Assembly (NCBI GenBank): GCA_963790475.1 | Contig: CAWBOS010000012.1 | Location: 1,440,001 to 1,504,000, forward strand | Direction: 5' to 3' | DNA: 64,000 nt | Source: an uncultured delta proteobacterium | GTDB taxonomy: Bacteria > Desulfobacterota > RBG-13-43-22 | Shown: positions 21,536-31,367 of the stretch, in pieces | How positions within the stretch are numbered: position 1 is the stretch's first letter | How the letters are laid out: each line of letters opens with the position of its first letter | Program-made: the position numbers and the translations under genes | Notes under the pieces: generated by a model | Seen by the model: the letters and a program-made list of their open reading frames with translations, nothing else | Told to the model about the DNA's origin: nothing | The model's database searches: none

Positions 21536-21604
21536 CCAAAGATTTTTTGAAATTTTTCTGTTGTCAGTTATGGGATACGAGTTATAAGTTTCTTCCCCCT
21601 TTTC

Positions 21605-21640
21605 GTCATTCCGGGCTTGACCTGGAATCCAGGGATTTAA
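21605..21640 (+). repeat. Left half of a REP-like palindromic element split by IS1634
   Basis: GTCATTCCGGGCTTGACCTGGAATCCAG; partner half starts at 23624. Confidence 0.75.
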
Positions 21641-23623
21641 CCCATCTTCCGCAGTTTGGAGAAAAAATCAAGAAAAACGTGATGAATTTTCAGGAATTGT
21701 TAAATGATTTCAAGTCCTGATCTTTGAAAATTGGATGTAGTGAAGACCACCCCCTTGCCAGGTGCTGTGGGAACGGAGATAATGGGGTTATGTATCTCCG
21801 GCGTGCGACCAAAAAGAAAGGTGGAGCGGAGTACGAGAGCTGGCTTTTAGTTGAGTCGGTCCGTACTGCCCGAGGGCCCCGTCAGCGAGTAGTGGCGACG
21901 ATAGGGAAACTTCCTGGCCTTGATCGGGAAGAGCGGATAGGTTGGGAGGAGATCGGACGGATTCTTTCCGGAAAGCCTCTACCTGGACCTGAACTGTTTG
22001 AGCAGGGGGAAGACCCCCCATCTTGGGCCACGGTCAATATCCATGGCGTAAGCGTCGAGCGACTCAGAGGCTTCGGCGATGTCTATTTGGGGTTGCTTTT
22101 GTGGAACAAACTGGGGCTTGCCAGGTTCTGCCGAGATCATATTCCTTCCAACCGGGAAGAGATTCCTTGGTCGATCATGGCGTCTATTTTAGTTCTTGGA
22201 CGCTTTTGCGCCCCATCGTCGGAATTACAGATGGCCGAGTTTTGGTATGGCCAGACGGCCTTAGACGATCTGCTGGGAGTGGCCGACTATAAGATCAATG
22301 AGGATCGGCTTTATCGTGCCCTGGATGCCTTGCTTCCCCACAAGGATGCCTTAAGCCGTCACCTTCAGGAGCGTTATGGGGAACTGTTCGGCAGTAGCTT
22401 TGATTTTTTGTTTTATGACATAACCTCCACCTATTTTGAGGGGACCGCCAAGGGCAATGCCCAGGCCAAGAGGGGTTACAGCCGGGACAGTCGTCCAGAT
22501 TGTCCCCAGGTCTGCATCGGCCTGGTGGCCACCCGAGAGGGCTTTCCCATAGCCTTTGAGGTTTTTGACGGCAATCGACCGGATGTTACGACGACCCAAG
22601 AGATGGTTCAGATGATGGAGGCCAAATACGGCCAAGCCAACCGGATCTGGGTTATGGATCGCGGCATGGTGAGTGAGGAGAATCTGGAGTTTATGCGCAA
22701 AGTCGGTGCCCGCTATTTGGTCGGCACCCCAAAAGTGATGCTGAAGAAGTTTGAGCAGCAGCTTTTCGAACAGAACTGGGAAGCGGTCCAACCTGATGTT
22801 GAGGTCAAGCTCTGTTGCTCGCCGGAAGGAACGGATGAAATCTTTGTCCTGTGCCGGTCTCAAGGCCGGAAGGAGAAAGAAAACGCCATTCTAAACCACT
22901 TTTTGACCCGACTGGAAAGCCAACTGGATCACCTGGCCCGCCAGGCCGAAACCGGCAAGCTCCGAGACAAGCAGAAAGTCGAGCGGAGAATAGGGCGACT
23001 GCTGGAACAAAATAAACGTGCGGCCTCGTTGTTCAATATTACAGTCATAGAGACCGGTACCGGAAAAGACGCACCGCTTTCCCTAGAAGTCAAGAAGAAC
23101 GAACAACGGCAACAGTGGGCCTTGGAGACCGGCGGTAGCTACATCCTGCGCACCAACTGGACCGAAAGTGACCCGAAAGTCCTATGGAATACCTACATCC
23201 AACTGACGGAAGTGGAAGATTCATTCCGTACCGAGAAACATGATCTGGGAATGCGACCGATCTTCCATCAAAAACAGGAACGGACCCAGGCTCATATCCT
23301 GGTCTGCTTCTTGGCGCTGACTATGTGGCGAACGCTCCAGCAATGGATGAAAGCCTCGGGACTCGGTACCGCCCCAAGAAAGCTGTTGGAGGAGTTGCGG
23401 GAATTGAAATCTTTGGATGTGCTACTACCGGCGCGGGAGAGAACCCTCCGGCTCAGAATGGTGGCTACTCCCTCAAAGGAACTCAAAGTGCTGCTTCAGA
23501 GATTGAAAATTCTGCTCCCCAACAAACCAAAAATTATTGAAAATGTAGTGAAGAAAATGCCCTAATTCTTGTCGTAACTATTTGATATCGCGTCTTCCAT
23601 GCTTTCTAACTGCGGAAGATGGG
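21641..23623 (+). mobile_element. IS1634-family insertion sequence
   Basis: Perfect terminal IR CCCATCTTCCGCAGTT / AACTGCGGAAGATGGG; TTAA on both flanks; intact transposase. Confidence 0.9.
21790..23565 (+). CDS. IS1634-family DDE transposase
   Basis: LVESVRTARGPRQR, YDITSTYFEG, GYSRDSRPD, VMDRG, VEDSFR, RPIFHQ..AHI. Confidence 0.92.
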   Translation: MYLRRATKKKGGAEYESWLLVESVRTARGPRQRVVATIGKLPGLDREERIGWEEIGRILSGKPLPGPELFEQGEDPPSWATVNIHGVSVERLRGFGDVYLGLLLWNKLGLARFCRDHIPSNREEIPWSIMASILVLGRFCAPSSELQMAEFWYGQTALDDLLGVADYKINEDRLYRALDALLPHKDALSRHLQERYGELFGSSFDFLFYDITSTYFEGTAKGNAQAKRGYSRDSRPDCPQVCIGLVATREGFPIAFEVFDGNRPDVTTTQEMVQMMEAKYGQANRIWVMDRGMVSEENLEFMRKVGARYLVGTPKVMLKKFEQQLFEQNWEAVQPDVEVKLCCSPEGTDEIFVLCRSQGRKEKENAILNHFLTRLESQLDHLARQAETGKLRDKQKVERRIGRLLEQNKRAASLFNITVIETGTGKDAPLSLEVKKNEQRQQWALETGGSYILRTNWTESDPKVLWNTYIQLTEVEDSFRTEKHDLGMRPIFHQKQERTQAHILVCFLALTMWRTLQQWMKASGLGTAPRKLLEELRELKSLDVLLPARERTLRLRMVATPSKELKVLLQRLKILLPNKPKIIENVVKKMP

Positions 23624-23683
23624 TTAAATCTCTTCTGGACCCCGGCTGGAGTTTATCCCGCGGGTGGCGGGACCGGGGCGACG
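23624..23683 (+). repeat. Right half of the REP-like element split by IS1634
   Basis: CTGGACCCCGGCT..CCCGC..GCGGG..ACCGGGGCGAC; CTGGA pairs with TCCAG of the left half. Confidence 0.65.
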
Positions 23684-23773
23684 GCCAAAGGACTCTTGGC
23701 AATATCATCAACCAGATCGACAAAACATTGTCGGTTGATTTTAGAATCGACTAATAAGAGATGAGGAAATGAG

Positions 23774-24541
23774 ATGTGTTTTATTGTTTTTGCTTATAAG
23801 GTCCATCCTTCGTACCGTTTGATTGCCGCCGCCAATCGTGATGAATATTACGAAAGGCCCTCAGCTCCCGTCGCCTTCTGGGAGGATGCTCCCCAAGTGC
23901 TTGCCGGTCGCGACCTAAAAGAAGGAGGCACCTGGATGGGGATTAGCAGAGGGGGGAAATTTGCCGCCATAACCAATTTCCGTGATCCGGATAGTGTCAC
24001 GACCGGGGCTCCATCTCGAGGCGGATTGGTCAGTAATTTTCTCACGGGTTCTGAAAGCGCCGTTTCCTACATGAATAAAATTTCTCGATCGGCGCAGAAA
24101 TATAACGGCTTTAATCTGATCTGTGGAGACCCCCAGGACCTCATTGTTTATTCCAACCGGGGAGAAATAATAAAGCTCGAACCGGGAATCTTCGGGCTGA
24201 GTAACCACCTTCTGGATAGCCTCTGGCCGAAAGTGATCAAAGGTAAGAAGGCCTTGTCAGCGGCCATGGAAGAAAAAGGTTTAGTCCTGGAAGAAGCGCT
24301 TTTTAAAATATTGTCTGATCGAAAAATAGCTCCGGAGAATAAACTTCCTCACACCGGTGTCGAATTGGAATGGGAAAGACGTTTATCCTCTATTTTTATC
24401 GAAAGCCCCGGTTATGGTACCCGCTCTTCGAGCGTGCTGTTGGTGGGAAAGAACAAATGGGTAAAATTTGTGGAAAAAGTTTTCGATGGAAAACCTGAGC
24501 CCTGGGTGGAAAGCCGGTTTTCCTTTCGGCTTAATTATTAA
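23774..24541 (+). CDS. NRDE/TANGO2 family protein
   Basis: MCFI, AANRDEYYERP, GRDLKEGGTW, LSN, YGTRSS. Confidence 0.93.
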   Translation: MCFIVFAYKVHPSYRLIAAANRDEYYERPSAPVAFWEDAPQVLAGRDLKEGGTWMGISRGGKFAAITNFRDPDSVTTGAPSRGGLVSNFLTGSESAVSYMNKISRSAQKYNGFNLICGDPQDLIVYSNRGEIIKLEPGIFGLSNHLLDSLWPKVIKGKKALSAAMEEKGLVLEEALFKILSDRKIAPENKLPHTGVELEWERRLSSIFIESPGYGTRSSSVLLVGKNKWVKFVEKVFDGKPEPWVESRFSFRLNY

Positions 24542-24854
24542 TGGTCTCAAAATAGTATTGACAAAATTTTTGGTGACAGGGGCCGGGGGGTTTCCTTTCC
24601 CGGGGATTGTCCAAAGGGTAACCCATCGCCCTGTCCCGGCCCGGACGGCTAAGTGGATTAGGTGCAGGCCGGGAGGCTCCCCGGTCACCCAAGCCCATTT
24701 CAAACTTGTTTGTAGGCCTGCTTCCAAATGTAATTTAAAAATTGGCCCGGCAAAGAAGCATTGAGCTTTAGGGTGGACAACCCCGGAAAAGGGAACCCCC
24801 CGGCCCATTTAATGCAAGCTCTTCGCTTTCATGTCCAGATTATTAAAGAGCCCC
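24542..24854. mobile_element. MITE-like non-coding element (~313 bp)
   Basis: Imperfect terminal IRs (TGGTCTCAAAATAGTATTGACA / TGTCCAGATTATTAAAGAGCCCC), inner ~33-bp IR (24580-24613 / 24774-24806), TTAA on both flanks, diverged partial copy at 32825-32928. Confidence 0.6.
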
Positions 24855-24882
24855 TTAATAACGAGACAAGCCGGGTAGAGGC

Positions 24883-24910
24883 TTGACAGACGACTCGGAA
24901 AGGTTATGAT
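24883..24910 (+). promoter_or_regulatory. Putative sigma-70 promoter for the activase gene
   Basis: TTGACA-N16-TATGAT. Confidence 0.5.
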
Positions 24911-24982
24911 GGACCTTTCCTGACGTTCATCCGCTTCTTGATAAACTGGGGTTAAGAAAGATCGATCCCCTGGAGACCTCAA

Positions 24983-27900
24983 ATGGCCCCATTCGGTCAG
25001 GTGCTCGGTTTAGACATCGGGTCAGTCTCCCTGGCAATCGCCTGCCTGGCTCCCGACAGGACTATTCTTAAGACCTTCTACGCCTTCCACCAGGGAAGGA
25101 TATTGGAAACCCTGGTGTCCCTGCTTTCCGGATACCCGCTGGAAGCCGTCAGTCATTTGGCCTGCACTTCTTCTACTCCCGAAACTATCGGCCCTGCTAC
25201 CCGTTTTGACACCCAGTTGGCGGTCATCAGCGGCGCCTCCCTGGTCCAGGAAAAAATCGGCAGCATTCTCCTGGTAGGCGGTGAAAAATTCAGCCTTCTG
25301 CAGTTCGACCCTCAAGGCCGTTACCGGCGATCCAGGACCAACACCTCCTGTGCTGCCGGGACCGGCAGTTTTCTCGATCAACAGGCCTTTCGCTTAAATC
25401 TGAACGGGGTCGAGGCCCTGGCGGAATTGGCTTTTTCCAATCAGGGTGAGATCCCCAAAATCGCCTCACGCTGTGCCGTCTTCGCCAAAACCGACCTGAG
25501 TCATGCCCAACAGGAGGGATTCTCCCTGGCCGAGATTTGTGACGGTCTCTGCTTCGGACTGGCCCGGAATATCGTGGATACCCTGTTCAGCGGCGGCGGT
25601 GCGACGGTACCGCTGATTATGAGCGGTGGGGTGTCGTTGAACCGGGCGGTGGTCGGTCATCTTTCCAAACTGATCGGAATGCCGATCGTGATCGACGCCT
25701 ATTCCCCGCTGCATGGGGCCATCGGCGCGGCCATCTGTCTGCTCCAGGAACAAAAATCCGGGAATCCCCTGTCGGTCCGGCAGCCGTCCGATTTTTATCA
25801 TCCTTCGATGGGGAAAAGGACCTATTACTATCCGCCTCTGAAGGCATCGAATTCCAAGGACCCTGATTTTGAAGAAACGACCCTCTACCATTCCCGGGAC
25901 TCGGATTTTGAGCCCGAAGTGGAGGTGGAAAAATTCAAACCTCTTCCCTCGGGGAAAAGTATCGAAGTGTTCCTCGGACTGGATATCGGCTCCACCAGTA
26001 CCAAAGCCGTCCTGACCGGGCCGGGCCGACAGGTGTTGGCCGGTTTTTACACCCGGACTGCCGGCCGACCATTGCCCGCAGTTCAGGCCTTGCTGGAGGC
26101 CATAGACGACCTGGCTCGAAATCAGGGGACGGCCTTCAAGTTCCTGGGGGCGGGAACGACCGGATCGGGACGTGCTTTTATCGGTAGGATTATCAATGCC
26201 GACCTGGTCATCGACGAAATTACGGCCCATGCCCGGGCCGCTGTGGAGTTAAATCCGGCGGTAGACACGATCATCGAGATCGGCGGACAAGACTCAAAAT
26301 TCACTACCCTGAACAATGGGATGGTCACTTTCTCGACCATGAACACCGTCTGCGCGGCCGGGACGGGCAGTTTTATCGAGGAGCAGGCTTCACGGCTCGG
26401 CTGCCCACTATCCGAATATTCCCGGCGGGCCGAGGGAGTCAGTTCTCCCATGGCCAGTGACCGCTGCACGGTGTTCATGGAGCGGGACCTGAATCATTAT
26501 CTGAATAAAGGCTATGAGGTCGAAGAGATCCTCTCCGCAGTGCTTCACGCGGTAAGGGACAACTACCTGTCCAAGGTGGCCGTGGTTTCCCGCATCGGGA
26601 CCTGCCTTTCCTTCCAGGGAGCGACCGGTCGCAATCGGGCTCTGGTGGCGGCCTTCGAACAGAAACTGGGTCAGCCGATTTTCGTTTCCCAATACTGTCA
26701 TCTGACCGGGGCCCTGGGAGCGGCTTATATCCTGGAGGAAAGCGGCCTGGTCCGGTCAAACTTCCGGGGCATCGATCTGTATAAGCAGGCCGTCCCGATC
26801 AAAACCGAAGTATGCGAATACTGCACCAACCATTGCAAGATCAAACTGGCCCGGCTTTCTGGCGAAACTGTGGCCTATGGGTTTTTATGCGGCCGGGATT
26901 ACGATACCCGGCAATTCGTCAACAAGAACCGCTCCGGTTTCGACCTCCTGCAGGAACGAACCAAGGCCTTCCGCTTTAAACCGGAGACCAAAAGTACCGG
27001 GGCTACCATCGGGCTTCCGGCGGCCCTGCACCTTTTCGAGGACCTGCCCTTCTGGGAAAAGTTTTTTGATCTGCTGGGGCTGAAAACCGAAACGAGCCAG
27101 GCCTGTGGGGATGCGGTCCCCAGGGGAAAGTCCCTATCCGGCGCCGAGTTTTGCACCCCCATCACCGCCCTCCATGGCCATGTCTCCTATCTGGCTGAAC
27201 GGTGCGATCATATTTTTTTGCCGGTCTATCTGGAAGCGCGGGACAAGCCGCCGGGGATGATACGAAAATTCTGTTATTACACTCAATACGCGCCGGCCCT
27301 TGTCTCCCGGCTCAATGAAACCATCCATCGGAAGTGCCTGGTCCCGCTTCTGGATTCCAACGCCGGGGTTCTGGCTGGCTTGCGGCAGCTGTACCAGACC
27401 CTGAAACCGGTCTGCCCGGGCCTCTCCTTTTTCGCAGTCCACTCGGCCTTTCAACAGGCCCGGGCCTTTTATGCCGCAGGTCAAAAACATCTCCAAGACC
27501 TTTTCCAAAACACCTTCTCCAGAAATGACCAAATGAGCGTTGTTTTGCTGGGCCGCCCTTACACCCTTTTCTCCCGGGCGATGAACAAGGGGATCCCCGA
27601 GATTTTCGGGTCTTTGGGGATCAGGACTTTTTCTCAGGACATGTTGGATATGGCCCCGGAAAGGGTTGAGCGGATCAGCGGGTTGCTGAAGGCCTTTCAC
27701 TGGAATTACGCGGCCCAAATCCTTAAGGCGGCCGAAGCGATCGCCTCCGGAAACGGGATCTACCCGGTGCTGGTCACCTCCTTCAGATGTTCCCCGGATT
27801 CCTTCGTGACCGAGTACTTCAAACGAATCCTGGAAGGGAAAGGCAAGCCCTACCTGATCCTCCAACTGGATGAGCACGATTCCAGCGTAGGCTACGAAAC

Positions 27901-29179
27901 CCGGATCGAGGCCGCTGTCCGAGCCTTCAGCAATCACTTCCGGGGGAAGACCCGGGACCTGAACCGTAAGATTCAGGATATAAACCCCCGCATCGAAAAC
28001 CGAATCGACGGGAAGACCCTCTTGCTTCCCAACTGGGATCCGATCTGCTGCCGGCTGATCGCCGCCAACCTGAATCACTTTGGGTTCGATGCCCGGGTGT
28101 TGGAAGAAGACCGGATCATAATCCAGAAGAGTCTGCGTTACAACACCGGCCAATGTTTGCCGCTCAATACCATTGCCCAGGAATTCATGGACTATATCGA
28201 AAGGCATCGATTGGAACCAGAAAAAACCCTACTCTGGATGGGGGGCTCTGAGATCGCCTGCAATATAAGGCTCTTTCCCTATTATATCCGAAGCATCCTG
28301 GATGCCCGCGGAGGGGGCCTGGAAAAAGCCGGGGTCTATGTGGGGAACATTACCTTTACCGACCTGTCGCCGCGTATCGGGGTGGAGATGTACTTCGCTT
28401 ATATGTTCGGGGGGTTCATTCGAAAAATGGCCTGCAAGCTCAGACCCTATGAGCTGAGCAGGGGGGAAACCGACCGGGCGGTTACCATGGCCGTTCAGAC
28501 CGCTACCGATTCATTCCTGGGGAAGCGGGACCGCCAGGAGGCCGCTCGGGAAATTTCCCGGATGTTCCAGGAAATCAAAATCGACCGAACCCGGCCCCGT
28601 CCCCAGGTAGCTATCTTCGGCGATCTCTATACCCGGGACAATGAGGTCATGAATCAGGACCTGATATCGGCCATCGAGCGGGCCGGTGGGGAAGTGGTCA
28701 CCACACCCTACAGCGACTACCTCAAGATAATTGCCGAGCCCTATCTCAAACGCTGGATGATCGAGGGGCATTACGGGGAGGTGCTGGTCAACAAGGCCTT
28801 GCTCGGTCTGGTCAATTTACTGGACCGGAAATATTACCGGATTTTTGAACCGGTATTGGGCGACCCTTATCCCGTTTATCGGCACTCGGCCCTGGAAATA
28901 ATGTCGCGCTTCAACCTGAGGGTGCAACACGCCGGGGAGTCTATGGAAAATCTGATCAAGGTTTTTTCCCTGATGCGGATGCATCCCCGGATCTCGCTTT
29001 TTGTTCAGGCCAGCCCGGCCTTCTGCTGCCCTTCCCTGGTCACCGAGGCCATGGGCCGGGACATCGAGAGCCAGACCGGGATTCCGATCGTATCCATTAC
29101 CTATGACGGGACAGGCAGTTCCAAAAATGACGTAATTATCCCCTATATCCAATATGCGGCCAAGGAGCTGACTCAATAA
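24983..29179 (+). CDS. 2-hydroxyacyl-CoA dehydratase activase fusion (two BadF/BadG/BcrA/BcrD ATPase domains + DUF2229-like domains)
   Basis: Two GLDIGS..CAAGTGSF..RCxVF units, IEIGGQDSK, LGRPY, LQLDEH..TRIEA. Confidence 0.92.
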   Translation: MAPFGQVLGLDIGSVSLAIACLAPDRTILKTFYAFHQGRILETLVSLLSGYPLEAVSHLACTSSTPETIGPATRFDTQLAVISGASLVQEKIGSILLVGGEKFSLLQFDPQGRYRRSRTNTSCAAGTGSFLDQQAFRLNLNGVEALAELAFSNQGEIPKIASRCAVFAKTDLSHAQQEGFSLAEICDGLCFGLARNIVDTLFSGGGATVPLIMSGGVSLNRAVVGHLSKLIGMPIVIDAYSPLHGAIGAAICLLQEQKSGNPLSVRQPSDFYHPSMGKRTYYYPPLKASNSKDPDFEETTLYHSRDSDFEPEVEVEKFKPLPSGKSIEVFLGLDIGSTSTKAVLTGPGRQVLAGFYTRTAGRPLPAVQALLEAIDDLARNQGTAFKFLGAGTTGSGRAFIGRIINADLVIDEITAHARAAVELNPAVDTIIEIGGQDSKFTTLNNGMVTFSTMNTVCAAGTGSFIEEQASRLGCPLSEYSRRAEGVSSPMASDRCTVFMERDLNHYLNKGYEVEEILSAVLHAVRDNYLSKVAVVSRIGTCLSFQGATGRNRALVAAFEQKLGQPIFVSQYCHLTGALGAAYILEESGLVRSNFRGIDLYKQAVPIKTEVCEYCTNHCKIKLARLSGETVAYGFLCGRDYDTRQFVNKNRSGFDLLQERTKAFRFKPETKSTGATIGLPAALHLFEDLPFWEKFFDLLGLKTETSQACGDAVPRGKSLSGAEFCTPITALHGHVSYLAERCDHIFLPVYLEARDKPPGMIRKFCYYTQYAPALVSRLNETIHRKCLVPLLDSNAGVLAGLRQLYQTLKPVCPGLSFFAVHSAFQQARAFYAAGQKHLQDLFQNTFSRNDQMSVVLLGRPYTLFSRAMNKGIPEIFGSLGIRTFSQDMLDMAPERVERISGLLKAFHWNYAAQILKAAEAIASGNGIYPVLVTSFRCSPDSFVTEYFKRILEGKGKPYLILQLDEHDSSVGYETRIEAAVRAFSNHFRGKTRDLNRKIQDINPRIENRIDGKTLLLPNWDPICCRLIAANLNHFGFDARVLEEDRIIIQKSLRYNTGQCLPLNTIAQEFMDYIERHRLEPEKTLLWMGGSEIACNIRLFPYYIRSILDARGGGLEKAGVYVGNITFTDLSPRIGVEMYFAYMFGGFIRKMACKLRPYELSRGETDRAVTMAVQTATDSFLGKRDRQEAAREISRMFQEIKIDRTRPRPQVAIFGDLYTRDNEVMNQDLISAIERAGGEVVTTPYSDYLKIIAEPYLKRWMIEGHYGEVLVNKALLGLVNLLDRKYYRIFEPVLGDPYPVYRHSALEIMSRFNLRVQHAGESMENLIKVFSLMRMHPRISLFVQASPAFCCPSLVTEAMGRDIESQTGIPIVSITYDGTGSSKNDVIIPYIQYAAKELTQ

Positions 29180-29476
29180 AAAAATATTCCTTTAAAATTG
29201 GCTTTAACCCCTGATCATGATCTATTTAATTAAAATTCAACCCAGCTTCAAAAAAGATAGAAACCCAACCCGAAAGGATGCCCATGAAGCAGCTGACAAA
29301 ACCCCAAAAGGCATAAGCTCAACCGCGCTGGAAAAGAGGCGGCCGACCGACGAATAAGTAAATAAATCTGGCTATTCGACTCAGAGGGTAAGCAATTCCA
29401 CAACACCAGGATCTATAATAACAGTCTGGTATAAGTAAACCACTATTTCAGAAAAGCCAAGAGCAGGAGGCAAAAA

Positions 29477-31219
29477 ATGAAAAAGAGTTTTTATGGTTAT
29501 TTGATGGCATTGTTGGTTCTGTTGGTATTGTTACTCGGATCATTGGCGAATGGGGCGCCAACCAAAGCTGTAAGCCCCAAGGCTAAAGGCGCCGCCGTCC
29601 AGGAACCTCAATACGGCGGGACCCTCAGTTTACCCAGAACCATTAATCCTATCGCCTGGGACATCGCTGAATGGACCTGGAAACACGCCAACGATACCGG
29701 ATTCTATATGGATCACCTGATGATGGGTGATCTGCAGAAAGGACCGCGGGGGGCGAATAAATTCGATTTCCAAACCGAAGCCTGGAATCCTCTTCAACTT
29801 TGCCGTCCCGAGCTTTTGGAGAGCTGGGAAGTGAAGAAAAACCCCATGCAGATCATTTTTCATTTGCGCAAGGGCATTATGTGGCAGGAGAAGCCGGGGG
29901 TCATGAAAGCCAGGGAGCTGGTGGCCGATGACGTGGTCTACAGCCTTAACCGGAGAAAGAATTCCCCCAAGGCCCCAAAACTATATTTGGATTTTGTCGG
30001 TAAAATGGAAACCCCCGACAAATATACGGTGATCATCCACATGGCCGAGTGGTGTCTCGATTGGGACTACCGTATTGGCTGGGGATACTATGATGCCATC
30101 CAGGCCCCGGAGCAGGAGAAGGCCCCTGGCGGCGCCAATAAATGGGAAAACGCCACCGGTACCGGACCCTTTATGCTCACCGAGTATAAAGACGGTCATT
30201 CCCAGACCTATACCAAAAACCCCAATTACTGGGACTCGGAGACCATAAGCGGGAAAAAATACAAGCTGCCCTTTGTCGATAAGATCTATCTACCGATCAT
30301 CAAGGATGAACAAACAAGGATTTCGTCCTTCAGATCCGGAAAGCTCGACATATATATCGGCATTAACTGGAAGAATGTGGATGAACTTAAACAGAGCCTT
30401 CCCCAACTTATTTGGAGGAAGTACCCGGGCACCGGTAATTTTTCCCTGGCTTTGCGAATGGACCGGAAACCTTTTAATGATATCCGGGTCAGGCGGGCCA
30501 TGAACCTGGCCGTCAACAAACAGGAGATTATCGATTCCTTCTTCAAGGGTAATGCCGAACTGCATACCTATCCCTTTCCTCCTTCTTTTGGGGAGGTTTA
30601 TACCCCCTTGAACAAACTCCCGGCTTCAGCCAGGGAACTGTACACCTACAATCCGGAAAAGGCCAAAAAGCTCCTGGCCGAGGCTGGGTATCCCAATGGC
30701 TTTTCCTTTAAGGCGCAAATTTTTAATTCCGACCAAACCGCCTTGGATCTGGCGGCCATGGTGGTGGCCTATCTGGCCAAGGTCGGGGTCAAGCTGGAAC
30801 TGGATGCCATGGATTACGCATCATATCTAAACATGATGTTGAAAAAGACCCATTCAGATGGATATTTCTTAAGCACCGGCCAGACTAACCCTATTATGGG
30901 GATCAAGAAAAATTTCATGACCAACCAGCAATGGAATCCCCACATGATGGCTGATCCCTATCTTGACAAAGCGTGGACGGACGCGGTCGAAGACCCGAAA
31001 CCGACTGAAAAACAAGTGAATGAGACTTTAAAAAAATTGGCTATCTATGCCATAGAGCAGGCTCCGGCTGTCATACTCCCTACCGCTACCAATTATATAG
31101 CCTGGTGGCCCTGGGTAAAAAACTATTACGGAGAAACCAATGTGGGGGCCCAGAGATTTGGACCAATCAGTGCCCGCATCTGGATCGATCAGGACATGAA
31201 GAAGAAAATACGCTATTGA
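29477..31219 (+). CDS. ABC transporter substrate-binding protein, family 5 (Dpp/Opp-like)
   Basis: PQYGGTL, GTGPF, NPNYWD, DIRVRRAMNLAVN, YNPEKAKKLLAEAGYPNG. Confidence 0.93.
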   Translation: MKKSFYGYLMALLVLLVLLLGSLANGAPTKAVSPKAKGAAVQEPQYGGTLSLPRTINPIAWDIAEWTWKHANDTGFYMDHLMMGDLQKGPRGANKFDFQTEAWNPLQLCRPELLESWEVKKNPMQIIFHLRKGIMWQEKPGVMKARELVADDVVYSLNRRKNSPKAPKLYLDFVGKMETPDKYTVIIHMAEWCLDWDYRIGWGYYDAIQAPEQEKAPGGANKWENATGTGPFMLTEYKDGHSQTYTKNPNYWDSETISGKKYKLPFVDKIYLPIIKDEQTRISSFRSGKLDIYIGINWKNVDELKQSLPQLIWRKYPGTGNFSLALRMDRKPFNDIRVRRAMNLAVNKQEIIDSFFKGNAELHTYPFPPSFGEVYTPLNKLPASARELYTYNPEKAKKLLAEAGYPNGFSFKAQIFNSDQTALDLAAMVVAYLAKVGVKLELDAMDYASYLNMMLKKTHSDGYFLSTGQTNPIMGIKKNFMTNQQWNPHMMADPYLDKAWTDAVEDPKPTEKQVNETLKKLAIYAIEQAPAVILPTATNYIAWWPWVKNYYGETNVGAQRFGPISARIWIDQDMKKKIRY

Positions 31220-31250
31220 TTTTCAGGGACATCACCAAACATTAAACACG

Positions 31251-31279
31251 AGGGGGGGCAAAAAAAGCCCCCCCTTCTT
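31251..31279 (+). terminator. Possible intrinsic terminator hairpin
   Basis: AGGGGGGGC-A7-GCCCCCCCT about 30 bp after the stop, between convergent genes. Confidence 0.55.
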
Positions 31280-31367
31280 GACCCAGGCCAACAGATCCCA
31301 GCAAACCTCAGGAAAAGAAATATATCTCTCCGCTCATTTTTCAGATTAATAAAGATAATGCGGAATA

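Noticed and set aside
24580-24806. 6S RNA or SRP RNA explanation for the long hairpin
   Set aside because: Outer IRs, TTAA flanks and a diverged second copy fit a mobile element better; no conserved 6S or SRP motif seen.
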